64,000 bases of DNA from Yuukianura sp. NJ FZ-2021 (taxonomy: Eukaryota). The stretch's first letter is position 1; each line of letters starts with the position of its first letter. The notes under the pieces were generated by a model. That model was not told where the DNA came from, searched no databases, and worked only from the letters and a program-made list of their open reading frames with translations. Made by a program: the position numbers and the translations under genes. The stretch lies in NCBI GenBank assembly GCA_046563655.1, contig CM102290.1, positions 4,464,001 to 4,528,000 on the forward strand, in the 5' to 3' direction. Positions 24,501 through 38,700 of this stretch are shown here, piece after piece.

Positions 24501-27500
24501 GCGTAGTCGATTTTGAAACGAGTGACCAGCCCCAAGTCCAGAAACATTCGTATCGAGGCCATCACCATTTCATCACAATTGAGCGAAAAGTCATCAAAGG
24601 ACAAAGAGTCTAGTTTCCAATCATTAGCACATGGAACTTCACACCTCTGTGACACAATTAATTAACATATGAAATTAATCACTTAAATTATTACTAAACT
24701 TAATTTATTTATAATATAAAAAAATGACATACCAAAATCACTTCCACCTCCTTTGTTGGCGCTGTGGCATGATAGGAAAGTACCTAAAATTAAAAAAAAA
24801 ACAAGTTTGTAACACTACTCTCCAGCCTTACTCCAGTTATTTTGTTTTCGAAACTTTTTTGTATAAATACTGTTTTTACTTCAATGGCAACTTTTTGCCG
24901 AGCAATGGCCATTTCCAACTCCCCAAACGTCAGAGTATTGTTGATACCAAGTCCACAGAATATTGTGAATGCCTGTACACACACACAAAAAAGTCCGAAG
25001 CCTGTAAATCAAATTTTTATTCCAGAAAGTCCTGGGAGTGGTGAAAGTAAAAGCACTTTCTCCTTCTTACGAAAAAGTAAAATCCAACTTCATGAGCCGA
25101 GTTGGTGGCTGGGAGGGTTTAAGTTACACTAAAATTTAATTATGTTTCACAAAGGGACAACTTTACCTCAAAGAGTTGTTCATCATGGTCATTGAAGGGG
25201 AGGCCACTGAGCTTGTTGATAATCGTAGCTACGCCTGCAATAAACAACTTTTAGACAAAGTTGAGCCTACAGGCTAAGCCAGTCAAAATCAAAATGGTGG
25301 CGACTTTTAAGACAGAATCATGGACTAGGTTAACTAAACTACTCACCGATAATTTCTGCATGTCTATTTCGAATAGGCATGACCAGGAGGGACTTAAGGT
25401 TTCCATTGCACCCACGCTCTACTTCAACGGTTTCTGCTACGTTGATGACCTCTCCAGTGCCAGCTACTTGCTCAGCCAACTTCAGCAGATTGGAAGAAAT
25501 TTTACCTTTGTCGGAGGCTTTGACATTCCCACATGACACGAGTTCACTGAACTCAATCACGCTGTGAAATTTCATTCAAGGTCAAAATTGTTAAACTCAA
25601 TTGAAAATGTTTTAAAAGCGTATAAATATTTTTTAAATAAAAAGAGAAATTACCTGGAGGTCATTACAGGTTCAGAATTCTGATTTCTGTTGCTCGTAGT
25701 GGAGTTGAGTTCAAATAGTTTTGAAAATACCAGCTCCGAAGATTTAGAATTCGAAATGCTTGAATTCTATATTGTTATAAAGCGATAAAAGCCAACAAAA
25801 AGTATTTTGGTTTTCAATTCTTTGGTATTCAACGCAAAACTTTTATAATTTGACCCCGTTTTTTGAAGATGTCTACCTGACTAGAATTTTCATCGAGCAG
25901 AAGAACCGCAGCTTTCTCACATTTGAGGAGTCGTTGAGCTCGTTGCATTATTTTCAGAATTACTTTCTCCAGCGACGTTTGCTCTTCAAAAAGATCGTGC
26001 ACAACTTCCAGCAGATTCTGTTTTTAGAAAACAAAAAATTGAACCATACGCAACAAAGTTTTAAAAATGAAAATGAAGTTTGCTTTCTCAAGAATGAGTA
26101 CACGAAACAATATTAGATCTGAAGACTCACTCGATTTCGCTCGTACTCGCGCCTAGTTGCTTCCATGATCTGAGCATTCGTTATGGCTATACCGACAAAC
26201 TGCAAATATGTCTCTAGTAACTGAAAAAAGAAAAGAAAATTACTTTTTTGAATTTTAAATACAGCTAGGGTTACAGATAGCCACGGTTTTCTTAGAAAAC
26301 TTGAAATATTCTGAATACGGAGCATAATAACATTTTTTTTTTGGTTTTTGTTGAACTTTGACTTTCTAGTTAACTCCCGTTGGTGTCTTGAGACTAAAAG
26401 ACTAGTCGCCTCAACGTGACTGGTTCTAAGGTCATTTATTATTTACGGATAGATTCCATTGTGCTCTCAAGTACAAAGTAAATTGCGAAGCTACAAAACT
26501 ACTTTGAGTCTTGTTCCGTAAGGCTTAAAACCTAATTTTGTCAACGTTTTCAATTTCGGGTCTCGGAAACTTCTCGGCTTTATTCAGAACCGTAACAGCA
26601 TTAAAGATACAGTAACGTCCCTGAATTTGGTTTCAAAGCTAAAGTTTTCTTTTAGAGGGAAACGTAATTTCATTATAACTTGTGAGCCTTTGAAATAAAA
26701 ATTTTCATTTTTCAATTTGGAAGTTTCGGCGGAGAAAAACGGGGTTCTTCAAAGTTCCATGGATTTGTGGAGGTGAGGCTGAACTGAAAGTTGAACAGAG
26801 TAACTTCCGTGTTAAGGCGGTTATGGCTTTGAATTCAGAAAGTTATTCCCGGTTTAAGCAAGTTTTATTAAAGGGCTTTTCACGGACTGAGAGGGTGGAA
26901 GCAGCGGTGGAGAATTTGCATTTGGTCTTCCAGATGAATTCATTCGTGTCCATAGGTTAGGTTTGGGGGAAAAGCAACTTCCTTCTTGCACGAAGCCAGA
27001 AGGAAACCTTCCTCGGGGAAAGTTGAATTAAGTCAAGTCAAGCATCTCGTCCTTTGGTGAAAGTGAACAATTTGAAGCCAAAATTACAATCCTCAACCTC
27101 AAGATGTTATTTAAGACTTGCAGAAAACAAAGTATCTGGTGGAAGAGGAATTGAAATCAACACAATTTCGGACAAATTTGACGCATCAACTAACTTTTCG
27201 TAAAGGATAACAATGACTATAAACTTTTTATCAAAAGAAAACTCAAAAGTTTTTTAAGTTCGTCAGAAATGGAACTTTTCTCAAAAATTTCAGCCGATTC
27301 TACACTTCATGTAATTACTAAGTATTACCTTAAAAATGAGTACGAGAAACTTATGAAGGCTTTTTTTAGTTAAGTTCGAAGTGTGGTTGACCTTCAGCAT
27401 TAATGTTTTTGTTACAACTAATTGGAATGTTCTAACTTTTTGGAATTGCTGTTTAATTGTCTCTATAAAACTGAAATTAAACGTTTTCAACCCTAATATT

Positions 27501-30500
27501 TTCAGTTTCCTGCCACAAAATGACCTTTTTATTGCAGCAGAGCTTAGTTTTGCTGCATGAGTTCCTTGAAAACATGGTATTGCGTGTTTTAAAGTAAACT
27601 CTAAGTTTATCTTAATTTTATTAGAAAATGTTGGTAACTACCTTTTCATCTTCCCTATTAAAGCAGCCATAGTCCAGGCATGGATTCTTGTTCACAACTT
27701 GAGCGACAGCAATCACTTCCTCGTCAGCCGCACTTCGAACGGCCATACACAACAGAGAGTCTGTGTGCTGATTTAGAATTCGATCCACTTCGTCATTGTA
27801 GCGTGGATCCTAGAGCATTTCAGAAAGCATTTCAAAATTTTCAAGACAAAGGTGATAACTCTGCAAAGACATTTCTTCTCATAACAAAAGTATTTGAATT
27901 TCGAATTCGTATTCGAATTTTTTCGGTTCGTTCCTAACGCTGCATCTTGACACCAATACTGTACGAGTTGATTGAATTTTTTAAGACTTTACTAAACTTA
28001 ACATTTGTAAAAGTAAAGATAGGCTTTAGTGAAGTTGGTTATTTATATTTAGGAAATACATTCACTCGCTTTGGTGGATTGGACCAATTCGAAAGCACTT
28101 TCTTTTCAATTTCAATCCAAAATTTATGAAGCATGAGGGAATTTATGAGGCTCTACAGTTAGGAGGGAGTGTACTTTGTCACTACACATAGTTTCAGTAT
28201 CACTCGCTCCAGAAAACACACCAACATTTAGTGCTTTTACTCTCCCTATTGCAAATACGCAAGCGACACACAAACAACATGCATTTCCAAAGATATGGAA
28301 AAAATAGGTTTCTGCATAATCCGGAATCAGACAAAATCTTCCCAATTTGAAAAGTCTAGACAGTTTTTACAAATTGGGGCGCATTTTCAAAATTACTCTG
28401 AATGTATATTCAAAAAGAAAAGCAAAGTGGCAAGTAGAAGAGTTAAAAATTTGAACTCTAACCTCGTCTGCTACTTGTAAGTTGACGCTTTCCCCTGTCT
28501 CGGCGACCCAGCCGAGGATACTGCCCTTGCCCCATGGAATCTGCACGGCATTTCGATCAGTCTGGGATGGCAAGATGTTGGCACCACAAGGGACGTCAAA
28601 CACCTTCAACCACAAACGAAGTATATTTAGCTCACAATTTTGGTTCGCTCAGTTTGCGGAAAATTAAAAGAAAAAATAAGTTCTTGTTCAAAATGAATTA
28701 TCTAAAGTTTCTTTAATTTCAAATTCAGACGTTTCTTTCGTAAATGACGTACCTTTGACACGAGCGTTTGCTTTCCCTTGGGGCCCTCAACAAGGAACAG
28801 AGATGCAACCTCTGCATCCAAAAGCACCGTCAAATTCTCTGTAATTTTTGTGGTTAAGCTCTTGAGGTTGAGGTCATTGGCAATGTCTTTGACTGCATCC
28901 AAAAAGAAAGCTCGCTCGTCAATATTCCTCAGTTCTCGCTTGATTTCCAGGTTCTTGGAGGCGTAACGCGGAAGTTTCACCTGGATTTCAACATGACTCA
29001 ATTATGTTAGGTTCAATCGAATAAATTCCGTATATGTTAAGGCCATAAATTCCTGCGTCCAGGAACTGCAATGTCTTCACTAGTACCTTCGATTCGATGA
29101 GGAGGGACAGGATGTTGATGGAATTTGGCGGAAGCGAAGTGTACTTTCTCATTTCTTTAAGGCTGGAACGTCTGGAGGTGCTATTTGGCAGAAAGCCTGG
29201 AGAGCTAGGGCTGGAGGATCCATCCTGTGTTTGAAACACGCTTCGACTCTTGGCACGAGCAAAGTCATTCCGTAAGCATCTCTTGGAGTTTGATCGACGA
29301 TGGGAAGTGGAGCCTAAAGGGAAACCAAACGAAAAGGAAATCAAAGAGAAGCGTCTTCAAAATTTCCCGCTGAGTTCGTTTTCTCTAGCAGCTTTGTTCA
29401 AAAGCCCGCCACCAGGATTTAAAAACTTTCTACAACTTATTCCCTGGGGTGGAAAACCCGCTTCCTGTCGACAAAAGAAGAATCAGGCGGGAAAAAGACA
29501 ATCATAACTAATCAAATCTCCGTTGTCTTCTGCCTCTTATTTGTTTGTGTGATGCGGAGTGACAGTAATTGATTCCGATTCATTTAGTGATGCCTTGACG
29601 TGATTCTCTAATTGGTAGTGGGTTTCCACACCTAGGGAACAAACCAACTTTCTATTTTTTCTCATCAAATTCGATTTGTTTTTCGGAGCAATTGTGCGGG
29701 AAGTTCAAAAAAGTGGTAAGATGGTACAGAAGGAATGACGTCAACGGAAGTCTACTCAAGTTCCCAAATATGATCTCTGTCCCTTCTCCAAACGTCTTTG
29801 CACAGTAGAGCACACTTTCATTCAAAATGGCGGAAACTCATTATCTCTTTCTGAATAATCCCAACTTTCTTCGTCCTCACAACAACTCCATCACGATCAC
29901 CTAGCAACTCCACTCTAACCTAATTCCAACCTTCGATTTTTAATCTCCAGCCTCATAAACTAAGACGAGTCTACAAATAACCAACAAATTACTTCCCAAG
30001 AGCTTCCATGTTCCTTTGGAGTTCTCAAGGTGCTTTAAAAATCGGTTCCCTGCATAAGGAAAGCACTTTCTTACCTAAGAAATCTTCATCCGGTGGACTA
30101 GGGAAGTCGTGAACTCGATCTGCAGCGGGTGACAGGGGTGAAGCCGTTCCTGACCCAACTGAAGTTCCGGACGCTCGTCTTGATGATGACTGTGATGCAT
30201 TGAGGCGGTAGTCATAGGGATTGAGGGAAGACGAGTTCGGACCGAGGTAGTCTGGAGATCGAGAAATTGGGATAATTGAGCTATTTTCACGAATCACGAG
30301 AAAGCCATGGTCGGTGAGCCAATTGTTGACGAGCAAAAGGTCACCCTAAAATACAATAACATTTCGCATTAATTTTAAAGTTTCTCAATTTACAAGAAAA
30401 ATTGGTGAAAAAAAGTTGGAATGTTTTCGCATTTACAAGCCATCAAACTAATTGGAAAATATTCTAATAAATGTTAAACTAACATGAAACAAAGATGATT

Positions 30501-30674
30501 TTGACTTAGACGTTCAAGAATAAGTCTGGGGATTTTTGTAACCAATGTAAAATGTTGTTCAATGTTTATGTTTTTAACCTTTTTTAAAAAGTAGTCTCTG
30601 AAAAAGTGAGAATTTTGATCCAACCACTTTTCGACTTCTTCGTTCCCAAGTGATGAAGCCGTCATAGTTTTCAT
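18521..30674 (-). CDS. PDE11: Tandem-GAF cyclic nucleotide phosphodiesterase, PDE11A-like (PDE5/6/11 clade), about 21 coding exons
   Basis: GAF-A exons 28980-28753, 28603-28463, 27809-27642; GAF-B exons ~26017-25167. Catalytic motifs: [12 protein letters not shown] (~23900), [15 protein letters not shown] (~23560), [24 protein letters not shown] (~21370), [31 protein letters not shown] (20904-20727, 18958), [13 protein letters not shown] (invariant Gln followed by the Trp typical of PDE11). Last exon 18628-18521 (TAA). The start codon is uncertain; an upstream non-coding exon may end at ~40359. Confidence 0.9.
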
Positions 30675-31560
30675 TAACGCTGGCTGACCCTCCTCTCCAA
30701 CTGCACAACAATTCTGCAAAAATATTTTATTTAGTTTTTAAAAAGTATGCAAGTGAATTTTTAATTTCACAGTTCATTGTCGAAGGTATATAGTTCCCTT
30801 TTGTTCTATACAACTTTCGCCAATGACGCACAAAAAAAAATTAGTGACGCCCATTTTTGTTTTAAAAATTCAGACGCGAAGTTATGGCATAAACTTAAGG
30901 TTAAGCTTGGCACATTTTTCGTGTAGTAAGCTACAACTTCTGTTTCTTATTCATGATCCGCAGTGGGCGATGTCGAAGCTCTTAACGCGTAGAAGAAAAC
31001 AGAGTGCTTAAGGACTTAGAAAGTCAAAATACGAAAGTGTCAGGAGGCTTAGAACACGCTACAAGAAACAAAAAAGTTCAAAAAGAGCGCCTCTTCCTTC
31101 CGCTCATGGTGTCGATTAATTATTTACTCGCGTCGCAATTGATCAAGGTAACTCCATGTCAAGAATCCTCTAAAACTACTAATGTTACGTACTATACGAA
31201 ATCGTTTCAAAATTTTAGTTTACAAGACATAGAGAAGGTGTGTTGTTGTAAAGAAGAAAGTTGTTGGATGCCTTGGGCCAAGCACTCTATACATTTCGCA
31301 CCTTCGTCGTTCCCAACCTATGGCATTGACTTTTCACTTGTTTTGTCTTCCTAAACGTTTTGTAGTCTATTTAAAACGTAAAATTTAAGTTTGCAAATCT
31401 TGAGGGCATTGAGAGGGTGATGGGGTCGAAGAAAGTAAATATTAGCTTGAACGTGATAGCTACCAGACCTTGTCTGTCAAATTGTCTTAAGATGTTTTCT
31501 GTTCCGTTGGAAAGTTAACAATTTCAGTGAAGGCATGAGTATGAAGACAGGTAGCACGCC

Positions 31561-32713
31561 ATTGCTCCGAATGAATTGTTCCGAAGCGCATTTGCTCCGA
31601 ATGAATTGTCATAAAACCAATTGCTTCGAAAGACAAGTTGAGCGGTTGGAGATCACTTTCGCAGTCTGTTTTTCTTAGTCGTTTTTTTCACATGGACATG
31701 CTCCATGATAACCGCCAAAATGACCTATATAAAAGTTGTTCCTCTTGAAAAGATAAGCAACTTTTTTTGGTACCATTTTTTCGTGTGACCTTTCGTTAAG
31801 GTCACAGGTCAAGGTCAAAAAGGGCGTTCCCTGACAACCGACAAAATGGTCCCTACAAAAGTTGTTCCTCTCCTCAAAAGCTACAACTTTCATTAAGACC
31901 ATTTTTTTCTGTGACCTTTTCTTCGGGTCAAAGGTCAAGGTCAACTAAGAAAGTCCTGACAATCAAAAAAATGACCTCTACAAAAGTTGTTCAGCTCAAT
32001 GAGTAGATCATTTTGTGTCCTATAATCTATGACCCTGTGGTACCTCCCTGAGGTGTTTTGAAGGTGCGTCTCCCGGATTCGGGGTTTTAAAAAACCTAAC
32101 TTATAGCCTCAGGGAGTCGTCGCAGGGTCATAGATCATAAGATAAAAAATTATCTACTCATTGAGCTGAACAACTTTTGTAGAGGTCATTTTTTTGATTG
32201 TCAGGACTTTCTTAGTTGACCTTGACCTTTGACCCGAAGAAAAGGTCACAGAAAAAAATGGTCTTAATGAAAGTTGTAGCTTTTGAGGAGAGGAACAACT
32301 TTTGTAGGGACCATTTTGTCGGTTGTCAGGGAACGCCCTTTTTGACCTTGACCTGTGACCTTAACGAAAGGTCACACGAAAAAATGGTACCAAAAAAAGT
32401 TGCTTATCTTTTCAAGAGGAACAACTTTTATATAGGTCATTTTGGCGGTTATCATGGAGCATGTCCATGTGAAAAAAACGACTAAGAAAAACAGACTGCG
32501 AAAGTGATCTCCAACCAGTTGAGCTAACTGAATAAACTTTGTTTTAATATGCTCAAACTAACAATCATGAGATTCGTACACTTAAGTTGAGTTATAAACA
32601 ACTCACGATTACACAAGGTCACGTAATTATAGACGATATTTTCGGAGCAATCTGATTTCGGAGCAACTCACCTTTCAGAACAAGTGGTTTCGTGATAATT
32701 CATTCGGAGCAAT
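31561..32713. mobile_element. Older MITE-like element with ~15-bp periodic ttgctccgaa subterminal repeats, interrupted by the foldback element
   Basis: 31592-31640 is the reverse complement of 32664-32712 at 39/49 positions. attgctccgaatgaatt (31561) pairs with aattcattcggagcaat (32697-32713). Exact termini and TSD not resolved. Confidence 0.65.
31644..32516. mobile_element. 873-bp non-autonomous foldback DNA transposon with 8-bp TSD and GG...CC termini
   Basis: TSD agttgagc at 31636-31643 and 32517-32524. Arms 31644-32053 and 32107-32516 are apparently perfect for the outer 365 bp and imperfect for the inner 45 bp, with a 53-bp spacer. Each arm has ~125-bp internal subrepeats (aaaagttgttc at ~31731, 31857, 31982). 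Confidence 0.93.
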
Positions 32714-35700
32714 AGCATCGGAGTTTAAAAAAGGCATGCTCGAAAATCTTCTTCAAACCCTACTCATATCTTGTTTTATCCAGCCAAAAAATGAGAGACT
32801 GCGGAAATTTGAATAATGTAAGAGCCATAATGAAGTCATCGACTTCAAAATCAGTTTCAAGTGCTCCTTTTCCATTTCAACTGAAGGACAAAGGGGACTT
32901 GAAGGATCCACTTCACGTCAGAATCATGAAAGTCAAAGATCCAAAATGGAAGTTCACGTCATGAGTTAGCTTTGGGGAGTTAGGCGGAGCATAAAATGAG
33001 ATTTAATTCCTTCCGGAAGCTTCCTAACAGGGTGTTTTGGAGCGTAACTGATTTGAACCAAAAGAAGTTTAGATTTGTAGTCAGTATCATCATTTCCGAA
33101 GATGAAGATTAAAAAGGAAGTCTCAGCTTCCTTTTTACGGATCAATCTTGCTATTTAACCCAGTAGACCCTCCAGGAAAAGTCGAACGGAGTGTTGGAAA
33201 GTATGCATGACCAACGGATTTACGTCTTGGCTGGCTTGTAATAGGGTGAAAACAATAGAAAATCGGAAATTGGGACAAACAGCTCAACCTGAGGTGAATA
33301 AGACGAGAACTAAACAACTCAGGAATTCTGATGGTAGAGTTCACGTCTTTCCGTTTTCTGTTCGGAAGTGCGATCCTCCCGGAATAACAATTGAAATCTC
33401 AGAGTTTCAGGAAACCACTGAAAGAGAGAATTTTCAAACAGTTCCGGTTGGCTCGGCTACTCTGCAGCGTCAGGAATTACGTCCAAATGACCTTAATCTT
33501 TCTTTCTTTTTTTTTTACAAAGGAAGTAAATCGTTAGTCGCAAATGACTTTCGTGGTTAATTATTATGGCAGAGCTGAAAGTGTGCTTGGATTTGGAAAT
33601 TTTTTTTTAGATTACTTTTTGCGCAAAATGCACGGGTTGGTTCAACCAACTTCTTAAAGAAGTTCGAAACTATGCTAGTGGATTTCTAGGTGTGCATTTT
33701 GCACAGTGAACTTTTTTCAGAATCTTTTCTAGAAATTTTTTTTTCGGATTTCACCGGGTCCAGATTTCAGAAAACTAAAGCCTGAACTTCAAAGAGTAAA
33801 AATGGGCTTGAAACAAAAGATGCTTTGAAGTGGATTTGACCCGTATCATTTTCTTCGTATGCAAAGAGTTAATCCCGATGTTAAACACGCCTAAAACTCT
33901 TTCTTTCACAATGATCCTGTCCTCTGTAGGCTTAAAATTACTTGTGATATGCAAAAACTTCAATTAATAGACAGTTTTTTCACTACATACAAAAAAAAAG
34001 TGAAATCGTCATTTTGAAAGGTTTCGGAATTCGCAAGAGCTGAAGTGAGTAAATTCATTCGGACCTTGAAAAATCATGATTATACGATGCCAGCTCATTT
34101 TTTGAAAAACAATTTTCAATGATTAAAATCTTTCGCTAGACAAGAATTGTTGTAAGTGGGTCAAATTTGATGAGTGGCGAAAGTAAAAAGATGGCAAGTA
34201 CAAAATGGTTTTCTAGTTTGTTTTAGAAACTGATAAATGGAGCTGGGTTTGCTTCAAGCAGACCCGACTTATTATTTATTTGATCAAATTTTGGCGACAG
34301 TTCTGAACTGGTCAACCACCGCCATTATAATCCACCCAGACAGCTTCTAGGACAAAGCGATGACGGAGAGAAATGCTTTCTGCTGTCCAGCCTCAATAAA
34401 CTACGCCCCCCATCCCACTGCAGCCGCTTGCTGAAGCGACGACTCACCCTCCCCCTCGCCATCCATTAATGCTCCCAACCCCCGTCTGCCTAATCGTCCA
34501 TGTCACGTCTTCCTTCTGCTTCGTCGTAAATTTCTTTCAAGTTCAAATCCAACGTAATTCACTTCTCCACCACCTCTGTTTCAAATAATTCAACAAAATG
34601 CAGCGTCTTCTCTTTTTTTTAGTAGAAAGCAAAGAGCTTCTTCTTGTTTTTTGTAGCAATCAATTTACCAGCCACAAACAACGAAAACGTAAGAAGAAAA
34701 ACATAACAACAAAAAGACAAATGACTCATTGTTAATTTAGATTCACGTTGAACGTATTTATTGTGACCTAATATTTTATATGAAAACTATTTTAAATCAT
34801 ATTTGGAAAATTTTGTCAACCTTTTCACTCCTAGTGCCGTCGAGGCTGTCGAATTTTAAATAATGTTAAAGTCTTCTGAAATAATTACTGCATTTGCTAA
34901 ACTTTTCGTACCTTGCATTTGAAATTCAAGCGTGTGAGTCAACTTTCAAGAGTCACCTTGGTATTTTTAAACTTGGAATTTTTACGTTTAGGGGAGTTAA
35001 GGCTGCGGCTGGTTCAATTTGAGTCTCTAATTTTAAATTGAGATCGTTGAAAGGATGGAGACGTGCGTTGACAAAATTGAAGTTGAGGCGGATCGGATCA
35101 AATCCCAAATCCACCAACAAAAGGAGTTCAGGTCACTTCAAAACCTCTTCAACGTTCGGTGAGCACAAAGGTGTATAAGCGCCTTAAAGTTTTTCCGTCA
35201 AGAAATTTCTTTCAATCCAATTCTACTCGTGAAGATGAATTCCACTACGAAACCGACACTTACATCTTTATTGTACAAGCCATTGAAAATCCCAATGAGA
35301 ATTTTCCCTGCTGGAAGAATAATGTCATTTTATAGGCAGCAAAACAAGCAAAGTAGAACATTTATGATTCCAACGTCAAAATTGGTAATTGTGTTGCACT
35401 CCGCTTAAAATTTCATGCCGTTAAGCAAAAACAGAGTATGCACATACAATGGTTGAAATTTTGAAATTATCAGTATTGCGTAGGTTGACGCACTAAAAGA
35501 GTTCTTTCGGATTTAACGTTTTGTTTGCAGTTATATAGTATGGTGCGCCACCAGAAAATAAACGCCAAGAATGCGTTGCTCCAAAACTACAAACATGGAG
35601 GGAAAACATTGATGCAAAGAAGAGAATTGAATTTCGTGAAGTTTTTGAGACAATGACAGTAGTTTCTTTCGAATATTTGCTACGAGTTCCCCCTCATATC

Positions 35701-38700
35701 AACTCGAATAAACAGAGACTGTTTGTCGAGCGTTTCCTTTCTGTTGGTACACCCTGCTGCTTAATTCTCGGGAATGCAGGAGTTGTAGCTTACACTAAAA
35801 TGGCTTGTGCAGACGGTGTGCCCGAGCATTACAAGACATCGCCAGAGCACCGAATATCCGCAAATATGAGGATTGGTGATAACTCCAATTTTTGGAGAAA
35901 GCATCAAATGCCCCGGGAAAACCACACACTGCTGAGACTACAATTTGTGCGAAGAAGTTTTTTTTAATAGATAAATTTTTTGTTTGTACAGCTTGCCGTT
36001 TTAAGTTTTGATGAGTTTTGAGGAGATTCTTTGGCTCTGTTAAATGAATTCGATGTTGGAACGACGATGAGTCTGCCGTCTTTTGACTTCAAATCTGTAC
36101 GAATATTCCAATTAATATTACAGCTCTCAATTTTCATTTTTTTTCCCTTATGCAGAAGTAAGCCTTGACCTTAAATTGATGTCAGTCAAGGAATCATTCA
36201 ACTGAGAGTTGAAAGTATAGTGACAGTTAAATGGAATATGTGCTTGTCGTCATAGGGTAGCTAATGTCACTTTTACGGATTCTACTGAAGAGGAAGATTC
36301 GAATAAAGTTGTCATTCCCTTGTCATTGAGAAGTGGATTTTTGAAATGAAATTTGTTACAAAGACAGAACATGAACTTATACCCCGCCTCGAGAACTTTC
36401 TCTACTTTTCCCAATTGCTATTCCACATGAATGGTTTCTGCACAGCAGCACGCAAAATGAACGATGCGCCAGAGGATTATAAAAAATACTTTACTGTCAT
36501 CTGTCTTCCTATTCTTCTTCGTATTCAAACGGAACACGTAAAACACGCGCACAAAAATTTAATTTCAAAGTACGTTTATAAAACTACTCTTGCTACTTTG
36601 CTATTTCCATTTTCAATTTCAAACTCCATTGGTTTTAAAAGATGCTTAGAGTTTAAAAGATGCTCAGAATTCTTAAGAGTGCTAAATTGGAATTCGAAAG
36701 GCAATTAATTTGATTCAAAATTAAAAAAAAATATTAGCAAGGTTGACTTTTTGAAACCTTATCATTACTTTGGATTTTTAAGTTCTCTGTCACATGCTGT
36801 CTCAAAGTAAATTCTGGCTGGCGTTGCCAAAACGAAAAGAGAAAAAAACTAAACACAAAAGAAGACTAAAATCGGTTTTTTAGTAAAAATTGAAACTAAT
36901 GCAGTAAAAGTTTTTAAGCCAGAAAATATACTCCCTGGGAGTACTTTTTTCCCAATGCTGTTATTTAACCTTTTTTTTATGTATTTTTTGTTTGAAAATA
37001 ACACAACGAAACGGATGAAGTTGAGGTTGCGTTGAGAAAGTGATTAATTGATGCTCATTAAATTGAAAGTACAGGTAGACACAATGCACTTCACTCCGTT
37101 ACGAGTTCTGCTCCACTTAAGTTTCCCCACTTTCACTCTTTTAATGAGGCTCTGCATGGGAATTACAAACAGAATTTTCGAGCGACTGGCACCATCGTGG
37201 CAATGCAGCTCGAATTGACAAATTACGACCATCCACAAACTGTTTTCCTTTTTCAAATTTTCATATTGAAAAGTATTTTTTCATTTCTTCGTCTCCTCCC
37301 TTTCATTTCCAATTCTCAATCACGGAAAGACCAGAGAGACTAAAATGACAATTTTGCTCTCTCATTCAAGAGATTCCTATGGAATCGAAAATTTCTGTCT
37401 ATTTTGGACTGAACTTTCTCCACTTCTTGACTTTTCCAAGTTTTCCCATTTGTAAAGAAATGCTTTCAAAAATATTAATACCTTGGTGTTTCAAATAGAG
37501 TCCCAATTCGAATCCCTTTTTGCTAATTAATAACTAACTACAAACAAGACAATGGAGCAGATATTTATGGAAACTGTACGGTAACAGGTCTTTACTATGT
37601 TTAACCTCTGACATTTCTGTATACACTTTCTAAATTAAAACAAGAAGCTTTTTTTTGAAAAACTCGGAGAAAACGAACCAAGTCATCGACTACGCGTTAT
37701 AAATCAAGTGTTGCATTTAGTGGCCGTTATAAATCAACTGGAACTTTAAAAATCGTGCCTCTGCTCGTTTCCTCTGTACTGAAAGACGACATTTTAGAAG
37801 AAAAGCGAAACTTTCTCAGATTCTACTGCTCATTTATTTAGAAAGCAATTTCATGTGGTCTCCCTCAAAGTCGTTCAAAAAAACAACTAACAAGGAAAAT
37901 TTGGACAAAAGACAACCGTGACTCTACTTTCCTTTCAAAAAAAATCTCTCCAAAAAAGTTGGTTTTGTGTCTACAACTTTTGTATGGTGCAAGTCACGCA
38001 CTTCCTGCACTCTACCAACCACCACCTTGGGCAACCTCCATCTTACTCTAAGCGTTTTTGATCTTCTGGACTCATTTTCAGTCCCACTCACTTTTCACTT
38101 GTATGTTTTGAGATCCCTGCTGAAAGTGTGGGAATTGTTTATGTGAAAGGCTTTTCCTTTTATTACATTTTTCCTCCTTTCCCGTTTAATTTTATATTCC
38201 GAAAGATGTGGCAGTGGTTGGGGTATGTGGGCAGAATACTGGAGTGGAGGCTAGTAATTCCCTTGCTTCGTCACGCACAAAGGGTACAGAGCCCTTCAAG
38301 GCCCTCCGTCATTTCCAAAAACCCACCCCAGCGTCTGGGGGAGCATCAGCAGATGCTGGAGGATGCTTTCACTTTTATTTCCACTTTCCTAAGCCCATTA
38401 GACATTCCGAGGATCAGAAGTAGAGGACTTTTGGAGGCAGAACAAGAAATGGCAGCACAACACAACGGCAGGGAGGGTCCAGTTCAAAGTCCTTGTCTCC
38501 TCCAGTATCAAAATATGGACATCCCAACCTCGCTTCCAATATGTTTCTCCCGGTCCGAGAAAAGAACAACTTTTTTTTTGTGTTTGGCATAAGAGGACAC
38601 GTTTCCAGAGCTCTGCGTTCTTCCAGAAATCCACAGAGAGATGCTAGAGGATTCTTTAGCAAGTTCCTGAAAGGAACCTCTTCATATTTCATGGATTTTG

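Noticed and set aside
31675..32485. Two identical 89-aa ORFs on opposite strands
   Set aside because: They are a by-product of the foldback palindrome; both start at TTG and show no protein motif.
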